This document shows, piece by piece, positions 39,901 through 48,879 of a stretch of DNA of 64,000 nucleotides (positions within the stretch are counted from its first letter, which is position 1; every line of letters begins with the position of its first letter). A program made the translations under genes and the position numbers. The stretch is from Nitrospirota bacterium (lineage in GTDB: Bacteria; Nitrospirota; UBA9217): NCBI GenBank assembly GCA_963840455.1, contig CAWIYV010000001.1, forward strand, positions 160,001-224,000, in the 5' to 3' direction. The notes beneath the pieces are model-generated. The model was not told the origin of the DNA and did not search any database. It saw nothing but the letters and a program-made list of their open reading frames with translations.

Positions 39901-41521
39901 CATAACCTGAACAAGCCTTTATATTGGTCAGGGTGCAAGCCGAGTAGGGTGAAGAGGTGGATGTTCCGGGGATATTTTTATCCTCAGTGGATTCTCCATC
40001 GGTCAGCAATAGGATAAACGACTTTGCGCAGGGCACATACCGATCCGTGAGGGTGGCGTCCAAGGTAGAGTACTTATAATAATAGGGATCATAGTTAAGG
40101 CCTGTGTGATAGTCGGCAGGCGCATTGGCGTAGAATGGATTATCCTGCCTAAAATACCTCGTCATTTCATAGAGAGATTCTCCCAGAGGTGTATACGTCT
40201 CGGGAGACATATTTTGAATAGAGGTTATCATAGCCGTTGGAGTGCCAAAATTGATATCTGTATCAACCTTCGCGCCATTATTGGAGCTAGCATAATACGC
40301 CAGTCCAAACCTGACATCACCGGTCAAGGTGTCGATAATACCTGTCGCATCTTTCCCCGGGCCCATGTCCACGATGACTTTATAGGGCCCTCCCGATGGA
40401 TTGCTGACCGTAACGACAAGGTAAACCTGTGTTACGCGGGGATAATTGGAACTGTTCGGGAGCGTATATGCCTTCACGCCAAAACCGTTCAGGCTATTCG
40501 CTCCGCTCGTCGTGAGATCGTTCCATGTCCAGGCAACTCCGGTCTGGGGATTTGTTGGCCAGTTGAACTGATAGGTCGAGTAAGATGAGGAAAGTGCCTG
40601 GTAAGCGGACGCGGTATCCGTAGCAACCGAAGCGTTATCCTTTACACGGAGCACACCCTGTATTCTCATGGTTGAATTAGTGCTCCTTTTCGCCCTGACG
40701 AAGACACTAACATTTGAAATCGTTCCGGCTATGGTCGGCGTATAGGTGCCAAAGCCGAATATGGCCTGATCGTTCGTATTTGAGCTGGTGTTCTGAATAT
40801 AGGTGCTGTCACTATCGCCCGTTCCTGTATCGTCCACATCTGCCCATGCCTGTGATGCTGATGGATACACGGTCCACGCTCCAGGAACGCTGATATTACT
40901 GGTTGGCCGCAACGTATCCGTAGTACCTCCCAGATAGCTGATCGATAGAGTGTCCTGATCCCTGGTATAACGATATTCTCCGGTGAACGGATAAACAAGA
41001 TTCGGCACGATTGTATTGTCAAAGTCCTGATCGTAGCTTTGACAATAAGTAAGACCGCTCTCGCCATCAAGCTTCACGGTGATCGAGCCGTTCCAGGAAC
41101 GGGGATTTGACTTGCCCCCGATTAGTAGTTTTTTCGAAACCTCGACCCTTCGCATCGTGGCCCAATTAAGAAAATCACCGCTCATGATCGGGTTGGTGAC
41201 CGTTCCGGTCGTCATTGCATCTGTTGTCTCTTCCCACCGTGAACCATTATATTTATAATTCTTTGTCGGATCAAAATACCCATAGTAATGCCCACTTGCA
41301 AATTGGGTGGGATCGTAACTGCCTGCGTATGCTTGACAGCCCATGCTTAATGAATTGTCCAGGACGATCAGCACATTCGGCGGAATGCTCTGGGACACGA
41401 AAGGCGGGGTGATGCAATAATCCTTCATTGTGACTGCGCCTTCGGCAGGGGTGAATGGCGTCAATACACTGAAAAAGATGACGGGCAAGAACATCTTAAG
41501 GAGCTTCTTATCGAGTTTCAT
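36953..41521 (-). CDS. pilY1: type IV pilus adhesin PilY1 (vWA-like plus beta-propeller)
   Basis: Signal peptide; LDNSLSM MIDAS, TPL and LTDG; LGDIVNSTP, GGNDGMLHAF, ELWAFIP, GGMRFGG, YFALD and VYFGTG. Confidence 0.92.
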   Translation of the reverse strand: MKLDKKLLKMFLPVIFFSVLTPFTPAEGAVTMKDYCITPPFVSQSIPPNVLIVLDNSLSMGCQAYAGSYDPTQFASGHYYGYFDPTKNYKYNGSRWEETTDAMTTGTVTNPIMSGDFLNWATMRRVEVSKKLLIGGKSNPRSWNGSITVKLDGESGLTYCQSYDQDFDNTIVPNLVYPFTGEYRYTRDQDTLSISYLGGTTDTLRPTSNISVPGAWTVYPSASQAWADVDDTGTGDSDSTYIQNTSSNTNDQAIFGFGTYTPTIAGTISNVSVFVRAKRSTNSTMRIQGVLRVKDNASVATDTASAYQALSSSYSTYQFNWPTNPQTGVAWTWNDLTTSGANSLNGFGVKAYTLPNSSNYPRVTQVYLVVTVSNPSGGPYKVIVDMGPGKDATGIIDTLTGDVRFGLAYYASSNNGAKVDTDINFGTPTAMITSIQNMSPETYTPLGESLYEMTRYFRQDNPFYANAPADYHTGLNYDPYYYKYSTLDATLTDRYVPCAKSFILLLTDGESTEDKNIPGTSTSSPYSACTLTNIKACSGYGGPPNNPDPRFAGTSIGTTYATNGTDYLIDAAYWMRTNDMRPGSCTTVPTAFDKCIPGMQNINLYSVYMFGKGSTLLKDAAIYGGFNDLNGNNKPDCTTSPTECYRDTNGDGTVKSDGTDNPLTYYEGEDGYELQTSITNAIADILRRVTSGTAASVLASGEGSGANLIQAVFYPRRKFNNGPSFDEIDWTGRITNLWYYVDPLFKTSNIREEDGDGILNLQATTAGSTHDYVLSLYFDKSSAKAKAHRWEDPLGNGVIGTQLLPDIEFEALGNLWEAGTLLWKRNVKTAAGKRKIYTTINGTSLLAGNFSSDTLNGDTNNSATLAPYLNVTAADAPNLIDWVQGVDVSGYRSRTVKVESIDSTPRVWKLGDIVNSTPKISSWVALNTYDKVYGDLTYGIPNQLGDPADNTHFITTAAYKGRGMVFTGGNDGMLHAFKLGTLELQWSGKGATEKARLMNPDTGDICKAGDAVPCGKELWAFIPKNVLPYLQYMADTKYCHLYSVDLTPFIFDASIDGAPDDARTVSSWKTILIGGMRFGGACKNSTDTCTNCVKTPVAGLGYSSYFALDITDQNNPKLLWEFSDPELGFATSGPTVVRINGKTAGVSDKLKNGKWFVIFGSGPTGPISTGDHQFMGQSDQNLKLFILNLAKPVADAWTLNTNYWVKDTGISNAFAGSLGNSTLDTDGSDYQDEIVYVPYIQKCTATTAAPSPFSSNNICAINTWTNGGMGRLSTKRDADPSNWTWSTFIDNIGPVTSAVGKIIDQTNSNLWVYFGTGRYYFTQTTVDDTGGQRFLFGVKDPCFTSTGYDVTCTTPATLASSPFSGLTDVSDVANVPTTSVGNGSTFKGWYLALDPPGTYTYAPDAATVFSAERMITDPLASIGQGIVYFTTYKPSNDICTFGGKSFIWAVQYNTGGIPSLLSGKALIQVSTGAIEQKDLATAFTGAGGRKSAAMEGKPPEAQGLSIIAGPPPTKKVIHVKER

Positions 41522-41530
41522 GACTGTCTC

Positions 41531-41887
41531 CTACTGGGGGACTTCTTTTATAAAATTAATGACAAAACCCCGGGCTGTATACTCGTATTCAAAATAAACG
41601 ACGCATGACGGTGGAAAATTGCTCAGCAAAACAATTGCCCCGCGATAGTCCTGAACAGTTACATATGGGGACACCAGGTAGCCTTTGTTATCGATAACGA
41701 CTGATCCATCGCTTTCGATAGAGTTCAGCGTGCCGTATGACTTAACCTTGCCGGCAGCAAGGACATCTGAACTCGCTGCCAGTGTCAATGCGAGTAGGAC
41801 GAGCACCGCAAGGAACAAGGCAATGGTCTTTTTTCTTAAGCAGACATCGGTCTTTCTTAACATCATCTTATTGTTGCGCATGGTCAT
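41531..41887 (-). CDS. small exported OB-fold-like protein (PilY2-like)
   Basis: Signal peptide; G.L..I...G.VVID...Y pattern; directly upstream of pilY1. Confidence 0.55.
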   Translation of the reverse strand: MTMRNNKMMLRKTDVCLRKKTIALFLAVLVLLALTLAASSDVLAAGKVKSYGTLNSIESDGSVVIDNKGYLVSPYVTVQDYRGAIVLLSNFPPSCVVYFEYEYTARGFVINFIKEVPQ

Positions 41888-41954
41888 CCCCTTATCAAGA
41901 TCATTCACTGAATACATCCTAGCGGTTCGCATCATGTTCGTGCCCTTTTCCCTG

Positions 41955-42155
41955 TTAATGGTTATACGATCTTACTATGTGCCGAGGTTTGTCATGAGCA
42001 GAGGACCTGTCGATTACCAACTCCGACATCATGAGATCGTCGGCCTCCCAGACGTGATGTCTGCACTGCGGACAACGCTCCCAGATCATTGCTTCAGGAT
42101 TTTTCGTGACGATTGCTGCCGAACATTCCGGGCAGATGATCTTGTATTGCTTCAT
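41955..42155 (-). CDS. small zinc-ribbon protein
   Basis: CPEC...CPQC, 66 aa from ATG 42155. Confidence 0.55.
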   Translation of the reverse strand: MKQYKIICPECSAAIVTKNPEAMIWERCPQCRHHVWEADDLMMSELVIDRSSAHDKPRHIVRSYNH

Positions 42156-42412
42156 GATTTGCCTTTCATTCTCAACTGATTTCTTGCTTTCATTTCCATA
42201 TATGTGCAACTGTTGTACCATAATAATCGGATTTAATTACAATAAGTTAGCCTGGATTTTTTTTGAAAATGATAATCTGAAATACCCATGTATGTAATGG
42301 ATTACACAACAATGATTTCGTATTGGCGTTTATCGGTAAGCCACCGATGATTAAAAAAAGACGCTTCTAATAGACGGTCAAAAAAATAACCTGTTGACGC
42401 AACTGCTTGAAA

Positions 42413-42937
42413 TCATGATATTACAGTCCACTTTTTCCCGCCACATGAACGCCACAGCTTTGTTCTCCCTGTCAGAGTCACGGTTATCGCCATGGTCTCT
42501 TTTCCATTCGTGAGGTAAAGAGCACCGGTAGGAATGACCGTACCCTTCGGATGGAAATGCGCGAGGTTCTTTATCCCGTCACTCTCAAAAGTAACGCCGT
42601 CGGCAGGAGGCATTTCACCCGGCTCAGTGGGTTTTCCCTTTACGTTGGGATCAGTGCCGAATCGAATCCCTTCGGGAATATTTACGTATCGCGACCCATT
42701 CATGGTGTATGAGTTGGTGATCGGATCAAAGGACAGGTAACAGGACTCTCCGCTGGACCATGCCGTCACACGCGCAAGCCGAATATCGACTGCAATTGTT
42801 TCCATGGCGGCTCTCAGCTTGATCGATCCTGCATACTCCTGCATGGACGCAAACGCCAGCGAGCACAAGACGCCGATAATAGCCAAGACAATAATCACCT
42901 CCATTAGTGTGTAACCCTCCCCGTCAGTTTTGAACAT
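42413..42937 (-). CDS. GspH/FimT-family pseudopilin
   Basis: EG|YTLMEVII prepilin motif, F.PKG, GR C-terminal strand; RBS AGGAGG. Confidence 0.83.
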   Translation of the reverse strand: MFKTDGEGYTLMEVIIVLAIIGVLCSLAFASMQEYAGSIKLRAAMETIAVDIRLARVTAWSSGESCYLSFDPITNSYTMNGSRYVNIPEGIRFGTDPNVKGKPTEPGEMPPADGVTFESDGIKNLAHFHPKGTVIPTGALYLTNGKETMAITVTLTGRTKLWRSCGGKKWTVIS

Positions 42938-43159
42938 GACCGCACCTCCTGCATTGAGATCGTTACTTCTGCAGGAGCGTAACAGGGGCGCATTACCGGC
43001 CTATTGCCATAGCCATACGGAATGCAGGCAATTACTTTTTGGTCAATTATTTTTTTTCAGAGGAACGGACAAGAAGAAACGAAGACGGGTGATAAGGAAC
43101 AAGCAAAGAAACTGAATCGTCGGCAGGATTACAATAGTAAGAAGTCAACGGGAGGGTCA

Positions 43160-43275
43160 TTGAAGCTCCCTGCAGCTGGCTGCAGAGAATCTTCGATCCT
43201 CAAGGTAGAATGGTTATCCTCATCGCTCGCGGACCCAGCGGCAAGCTGCGGGGAATGCGCTCGCTCCTGGATTCA
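43160..43275 (-). mobile_element. ~116-bp double-hairpin repeat, copy 4
   Basis: Same element, between nfnB and the pilus cluster. Confidence 0.75.
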
Positions 43276-43376
43276 TCCGAATGTATCCTGTTATCGCATC
43301 CTGTCGAAAGGATCTCCGGGTTGTTCGTCTTGTCGGTTGGTGCGTCAGTTATCAGGGAAGATGACCGGGGTAGGTT

Positions 43377-44801
43377 CTATTTTTGGGGAGCATGAACGAG
43401 GTATTCATGCATGGCCTGAGCGGCCCTTCTTCCCGCGCCCATGGCAGAGATGACTGTGGCCGAGCCGGTCACGATATCGCCGCCGGCAAAGACGCCCGGT
43501 TTGCTGGTCTTTCCGGTCCTTTCGTCGGCGATGATGTAGCCCCACTTGTGGAGAGCGAGGTCCTTCGTGCTCTGCGGGACCAGGGGGTTGGCATTGGTGC
43601 CGATGGCCATGATGATGGTGTCGATTTGGATGCGGAACTCCGAGCCCTTGACGGGCCGGGATTTTCTGCGGCCGCTCGCATCGGGCTCGCCAAGCTCCAT
43701 GCGCACGCACTCCACTGCGTTCACCGAACCATCCTTGCCGAGGATGCGCACAGGCTCTGCAAGGACCTCAAAGCGCACGCCTTCTTCTTTTGCGTGATGG
43801 ACCTCTTCGCGACGGGCAGGCATGTCCTCCTCCGTACGCCGGTAGATGATGATGGCCTCCCCTGCTCCGAGGCGCAGGGCCGTCCTCACAGAGTCCATTG
43901 CCACGTTGCCGCCGCCGACTACCGCGACCCGCTCCCCTTTCCGGATGGGCGTGTCGAACTCGGGGGAATAGGCCCGCATGATGTTCATCCGCGTCAGGAA
44001 CTCATTGGCTGAATAGACCCCGTTCAGCTCCTCGCCCTCGATGTCCATGAACTTGGGCGTGCCGGCGCCGGTGGCGACGAAACAGACGTCGTACTGTTCG
44101 AGGATCTCATCGATGCTGATGAGCTTGCCGACGACCACGTTCAGCGCGATCTCGACGCCCATCCGTTTCAGCAGGTCGATCTCCCGAGCCACGATCTTCT
44201 TGGGCAGACGGAACTCCGGGATGCCGTAGAGCAGGACGCCGCCCGGCTCATGGAACGCTTCGAGGACCGTGACCGCATGGCCAAGCTTCGCCAGCTCATA
44301 GGCGCAGGCCAGGCCTGCGGGTCCGCTGCCGACGATGGCGACCTTCTTTCCCGTCGGCGGTGCCACCGGCGGGGGATCCACGAGACCATGCTGCATGACC
44401 CAGTCGGCCGCGAACCGCTCCAGCCTGCCGATGCCCACGGGGTCGAACTTCTTGCCCACGACGCAGCGCTGCTCACACTGTTTCTCCTGCGGGCAAACCC
44501 TGCCGCAGACCGCCGGGAGCAGGTTCGACTCCTTGATCGCGTCAAGGGCCGCCTTGAACTTCCCTTCCTTCACCAACTTGATGAACCGCGGGATGGGGAC
44601 CTGGACCGGGCACCCCTGCACGCAGGCGGGCTTGGGGCAGTTGAGGCAGCGCGCCGCCTCCTGCTGAGCCAAGTCGGCCGTATAGCCGAGAGAGACCTCG
44701 CCATAGTTCGATCTGCGTTGCTGAGGGTCTTGTTCGGGGATGGGTGTCTTGCGGGGGACGATCTTGGAAGCTGGTTTCCGTCCGGCGGCTGTTTCCGTCA
44801 T
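43377..44801 (-). CDS. nfnB: NfnB / glutamate synthase beta-like subunit (electron-bifurcating transhydrogenase large subunit)
   Basis: CLNC...C...CP, CGRVCPQE.QC, GSGPAG, GGGNVAMD, GGD; paired with NfnA and no gltB nearby. Confidence 0.85.
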   Translation of the reverse strand: MTETAAGRKPASKIVPRKTPIPEQDPQQRRSNYGEVSLGYTADLAQQEAARCLNCPKPACVQGCPVQVPIPRFIKLVKEGKFKAALDAIKESNLLPAVCGRVCPQEKQCEQRCVVGKKFDPVGIGRLERFAADWVMQHGLVDPPPVAPPTGKKVAIVGSGPAGLACAYELAKLGHAVTVLEAFHEPGGVLLYGIPEFRLPKKIVAREIDLLKRMGVEIALNVVVGKLISIDEILEQYDVCFVATGAGTPKFMDIEGEELNGVYSANEFLTRMNIMRAYSPEFDTPIRKGERVAVVGGGNVAMDSVRTALRLGAGEAIIIYRRTEEDMPARREEVHHAKEEGVRFEVLAEPVRILGKDGSVNAVECVRMELGEPDASGRRKSRPVKGSEFRIQIDTIIMAIGTNANPLVPQSTKDLALHKWGYIIADERTGKTSKPGVFAGGDIVTGSATVISAMGAGRRAAQAMHEYLVHAPQK

Positions 44802-44819
44802 GGTCTCGGCTGTTCCTTG

Positions 44820-44935
44820 TTGAAGATCCCTGCAGCAAGCTACAGGGAATCTTCGATCCTCAGTGTGGTATGCTGATCCTCATCGCCCGCTGACCCTGCA
44901 GCAAGCGGCGGGGAATGCGCTCGTTCCTGGATTCA
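44820..44935 (-). mobile_element. ~116-bp double-hairpin repeat, copy 5
   Basis: Fills the nfnA-nfnB gap; its boundary TGAA coincides with the nfnA TGA stop. Confidence 0.75.
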
Positions 44936-45799
44936 TCGTTCGCAGACCGGCGCGGCGCTTCCGAGCATCTGCTCATGGCGCTTCTTCCAGGCCTCGAAGG
45001 ACTCCCGTTCTTCAGCAATGTAGGACTTCTGCCGGTTCATGAGCGCTACCCAGTCCACCTGGTGGCCGTCGAACTCGGGTCCGTCGACGCAGGCGAACAT
45101 CGTTTTTCCGCCAACCGTCACCCGGCACCCGCCGCACATGCCCGTGCCGTCCACCATGATGGGGTTCAGGCTGACCACGGTCCGGACGCCGAAGGGCCGC
45201 GTGGCCTCAGCGACGAACCGCATCATGATGGCCGGTCCTACGGAAACGACGAGCCCTGCCGGCCTGCAGGTCAATTCCCTGACGAGCACGTCCGTGACCA
45301 GGCCTTTCGTGCCCTTGCTGCCGTCATCGGTGGTGACGATCACCTCGTCGGCGACCGTCCGCATCTCGTCCTCGTAAACGAGCAGGTCCGCGCTCCGCGC
45401 TCCCATGATGACCGCGACCTCGTTGCCTGCGGTCTTGTAGGCCCGCGCAATGGGATAAAGCGGCGCCACACCGAACCCGCCTCCCACGATGACGACCCGC
45501 CCGACCTTCTCGATGTGCGTCGGCTGGCCGAGGGGCCCGCAGAGGTCCAGGATGTCGTCGCCCTGGTTCAGCAGCACCATCTCGTTTGTGGTCTTCCCCA
45601 CTGCCATGACGATAAGGCTGATCGTGCCCCCGGCAGGATCGATGTCCGCAAGCGACAGCGGGATACGCTCACCGCGGTCGTGCAGGCGGACGATGACGAA
45701 CTGTCCGGGTCTCGCCTTCTGCGAGATCAGCGGGGCCGCGATCTTGAAATAGAAGACATCGGGCTGCCGGATCAGCCGTTTCTCGAGGATCTTTGCCAT
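44933..45799 (-). CDS. nfnA: NfnA (FAD/[2Fe-2S] small subunit)
   Basis: GERIPL, GPLG, GGG.G.AP, MVDGTGMCGGCR...CVDGPEF; start ATG 45799. Confidence 0.87.
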   Translation of the reverse strand: MAKILEKRLIRQPDVFYFKIAAPLISQKARPGQFVIVRLHDRGERIPLSLADIDPAGGTISLIVMAVGKTTNEMVLLNQGDDILDLCGPLGQPTHIEKVGRVVIVGGGFGVAPLYPIARAYKTAGNEVAVIMGARSADLLVYEDEMRTVADEVIVTTDDGSKGTKGLVTDVLVRELTCRPAGLVVSVGPAIMMRFVAEATRPFGVRTVVSLNPIMVDGTGMCGGCRVTVGGKTMFACVDGPEFDGHQVDWVALMNRQKSYIAEERESFEAWKKRHEQMLGSAAPVCER

Positions 45800-46010
45800 G
45801 GCGCGAAATAGTACCACAGTATGAAAATTTTTTATAGGGAAATGTGCAAAACAAATAGAGAGTACCGGGAGGCGAACAAGGACATCATCACGAGAGCGAA
45901 CAGGTGACTCGGGAAGCAGAGCAATGACAACCGCACGGTTCAAGGGCTGTATTTAGCGGCGACCGTCGATTACCGTAACACAACATACTCATCCGCGCAG
46001 ATCACTTGTT

Positions 46011-47333
46011 TTACAGCAGGGTCGCGGCCAGTTCGGCGAGATCCGAGCGTTCGCCTTTCACCAGGGTGATGTGGCCGGCAATGGGCTCTTCCTTGAAGCG
46101 ATCGACCACATAGGTGAGCCCGTTGCTGGACGAGTCGATATAAGGGTTGTCGATCTGGTAGGGGTCGCCGGTCAGAACGACCTTGGTCCCCTCGCCTGCA
46201 CGCGTGATGATGGTCTTGATCTCGTGGGGTGTCAGGTTCTGCGCCTCGTCAACGATGAGATACTGGTTCGGCATGCTCCGGCCGCGGATATAGGTGAGCG
46301 GCTCGACCTCGATCATGCCCAGATCGAACAGGCTCTGGAGGTCCTTCTTGCCCTTCGCCCTGCCCGCCACCGCCGACGCCGAGGCGCCCATGAGGAAGTC
46401 GAGGTTGTCGCGGATGGGCTGCATCCAGGGCCTGAGCTTTTCCTCGATGTCGCCGGGCAGGAACCCGATGTCCTTGCCGAGAGGGAACACGGGGCGGGAG
46501 ACAACGAGGCGCTGGAACGCCCGGTTCTCGATGGTCTTCTCCAGGCCGGCGGCGAGCGCAAGGAGCGTCTTCCCGGTGCCGGCCCGTCCGACGAGGGTCA
46601 CGAGCCGGATATCGTCGTTCAGGAGCAGGTCGAGCGCGTACTGCTGCTGCTTGTTCCGCGCCGAGATGCCCCAGATGCCATGCTTGGTGCTCGCGATCGG
46701 CACGAGGGCATGCTTCTGCTGGCTGTAGCGCGCCAGCGCGGTCTGCGAGGGATTGGCGTTGTTCTTGATCAACACGAACTCGTTCGGCAGTGGCTTGGGC
46801 TCAACGGCAGGGAGCTCCCCCCGGGAATAGAACTCCTCGACCGCTCCGGGGTCGACCGCCATCTCCACCTCCCCTGAATAGAGCTCGTCAAGGGTGATCG
46901 TGTCAGACTCGTAGTCCTCGGCGCGCATCCCGAGCGCGTCGGCCTTGATGCGGAGGTTCGTGTCCTTGGTCACAAGGATGACCGGCAGGTCATCGTGCTT
47001 GAGGTTGAGCGCCGTGGCGAGGATACGGTTGTCAGCCTTGGTCGCGATGAGCTCGCTCGGCAGACGTTCCGGGGACTGGTGGTTCAGCTCCACACGCAGG
47101 CATCCCCCACCCTCGAGCTTCACGCCCTGGGAGAGCTTGCCTTTCTGCCGGTATTCATCAAGGATCCTCGACACCTGCCTCGCGTTCCGGCCGATCTCGT
47201 CGATGCCCTTCTTGAACTTGTCGAGCTCCTCGATCACCACGATCGGTACCACCACGTCGTTGTCCTCGAAGGAAAAGATCGCCCGCGGGTCGTGAAGCAG
47301 CACGTTGGTATCCAATACAAATACCTTTTTCAT
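46011..47333 (-). CDS. PIN-PhoH family protein (YlaK/PhoH2-like)
   Basis: VLDTNV PIN domain; GRAGTGKT, RGRS, DEAQN, GDPYQID. Confidence 0.93.
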   Translation of the reverse strand: MKKVFVLDTNVLLHDPRAIFSFEDNDVVVPIVVIEELDKFKKGIDEIGRNARQVSRILDEYRQKGKLSQGVKLEGGGCLRVELNHQSPERLPSELIATKADNRILATALNLKHDDLPVILVTKDTNLRIKADALGMRAEDYESDTITLDELYSGEVEMAVDPGAVEEFYSRGELPAVEPKPLPNEFVLIKNNANPSQTALARYSQQKHALVPIASTKHGIWGISARNKQQQYALDLLLNDDIRLVTLVGRAGTGKTLLALAAGLEKTIENRAFQRLVVSRPVFPLGKDIGFLPGDIEEKLRPWMQPIRDNLDFLMGASASAVAGRAKGKKDLQSLFDLGMIEVEPLTYIRGRSMPNQYLIVDEAQNLTPHEIKTIITRAGEGTKVVLTGDPYQIDNPYIDSSSNGLTYVVDRFKEEPIAGHITLVKGERSDLAELAATLL

Positions 47334-47400
47334 GGACCGTCCTTGATCAATGGATTCTTCGTTACGGGCGTGATGCCCGCATGATAACGCCACCGGCCGG

Positions 47401-48018
47401 TTATGCCGGTGCAGCAATGTCTAGGATGCCCTGACGGATGATGCGTGGAGGTTCAACGGTAACATCGACGACGGTCGACGGCCTGTCCCCCGTTGTGACC
47501 CCCCCGTCCAGGATCAGGTCGACGCGGTCACCCACTTCGCGCATGACCTCTTTCACAGTGCGGGGATCGCGGCCACCCGACCGGTTCGCGCTCGTTCCAG
47601 TCAGAGCTGTTCCCAGATGCCGGAGCAGTTCCCTCGTCAGCTCGTTGCCCGGCACCCGCAGACCGATCGTGCCGCCCCCACCCGTCAGTCCCGGAAGCAC
47701 ATGCGGAGTTGCAGGGAACACCAGCGTAAGCGGCCCCGGCCAGAAGCGGTCCATCAGCCGTTCGGCCGACGGGGTGACCGCCGAGGCCCATGCGGCGACC
47801 TCGCTCCGGTCGTGCAGGAGCAGGAGGATGGGCTGGCCGGCCTCCCTGCCCTTTATGGTGAAGAGCCTTCTCACTGCTTCGGGGTCCCGGGGGTCCGCAC
47901 CCAGTCCGTAGAACGTGTCCGTCGGATAGGCGATGACGCCCCCGGCCCGGACAACTTCCCTGCATCGCGCGAAGACCGCATCAAGAGGTCCATCCAGTTT
48001 GAGTATCGCTACCGCCAT
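47401..48018 (-). CDS. tsaC: threonylcarbamoyl-AMP synthase
   Basis: YPTDT.YGL, KGR, WPGPLT, TSANRSG. Confidence 0.94.
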   Translation of the reverse strand: MAVAILKLDGPLDAVFARCREVVRAGGVIAYPTDTFYGLGADPRDPEAVRRLFTIKGREAGQPILLLLHDRSEVAAWASAVTPSAERLMDRFWPGPLTLVFPATPHVLPGLTGGGGTIGLRVPGNELTRELLRHLGTALTGTSANRSGGRDPRTVKEVMREVGDRVDLILDGGVTTGDRPSTVVDVTVEPPRIIRQGILDIAAPA

Positions 48019-48027
48019 AGAGCCTTG

Positions 48028-48879
48028 TCAGCGGTTCGCCATCAGGACGATGTCGCCGTTCTTTCTCCGCAGGCCTTTCGCCACGACCGGGCACTTCACC
48101 ATGAAGAGGAAGAAAGTCCGCGCGTCGCGCTCCTGCACCAAGGTCTCGTAGTTCGCCTGGCCCTTGCTGATGATCAGGTCAGCCGTTCGGTATTCCTGCA
48201 GGAACGCTTCCGAGCACAGCTCGAGCAGCGTACCGATGCCATCATTGCCATTGTCGATGACCGCTGATGCTGATCCGTGAAGCCCCGCGGACCGTGCGTC
48301 CTCGAGCGTAGCGTCATTGATGACCGGCACGCCCTTGACAACGGCTGTAACCTCCTTGCCCCTGTCCCGCAGCGTCTCGATCAGGACGCGATCGAACACG
48401 ATCTCGCCGGCGTTGTCGCACAGATAGAGGACCCGGCGCGCTTTGTGAACAGCGGCGGAGAAGTCATCAAAGGCTGTGTCTGCAAGGGGCAGTTCGAAGG
48501 AGTCCCGGAGAGCGCGGTCCAGGTCGACATTGTCGTAGATGCCGAAATCGATCACATTCCCGGCGATCGCGGCCCTGACGCTGCCGGCAAGCCGGTCCGT
48601 GCTGTGGGCCATGCGTCGCACATCGGGAAGCTTCTCGAGAGCGATGCGGTTATATGTTTCCTTGACCTTCCGGTAGGGATCGACCCCGCTCTCCTCGCGT
48701 ATGAGCCGGTGCAGCAGTGTCGAAACGCGGGCCGGCGCCTGATCGAACGAGACGCTCTCGATGATGGACCCTGCCCTGCGGGTGATGACCCTGCCCCGGT
48801 CGCCGTTGACCCCGGCGTATGCCAGCGTCCGGGAGACCTGCCGGAAGAAGCACGGCAGACACTCGAGCTCCGTTCTCAC
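48028..48879 (-). CDS. DUF89/ARMT1-like damage-control phosphatase
   Basis: EC.PC, DPY, GN.ID, DNAGE..FD, NDAT, KGQANYE; GTG 48879 overlaps the purE stop. Confidence 0.92.
   Translation of the reverse strand: MRTELECLPCFFRQVSRTLAYAGVNGDRGRVITRRAGSIIESVSFDQAPARVSTLLHRLIREESGVDPYRKVKETYNRIALEKLPDVRRMAHSTDRLAGSVRAAIAGNVIDFGIYDNVDLDRALRDSFELPLADTAFDDFSAAVHKARRVLYLCDNAGEIVFDRVLIETLRDRGKEVTAVVKGVPVINDATLEDARSAGLHGSASAVIDNGNDGIGTLLELCSEAFLQEYRTADLIISKGQANYETLVQERDARTFFLFMVKCPVVAKGLRRKNGDIVLMANR

Noticed and set aside
43022-43453. ORFs containing [17 protein letters not shown] (also 5259-6344, 44250-44876)
   Set aside because: They are translations of the non-coding 116-bp repeat, not a protein family
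43377-44801. Glutamate synthase call
   Set aside because: There is no large gltB subunit, and pairing with an NfnA/SudB-like gene indicates NfnAB
2348-44935. CRISPR interpretation of the repeated hairpins
   Set aside because: The copies are dispersed singletons kilobases apart, with no regular repeat-spacer array and no cas genes
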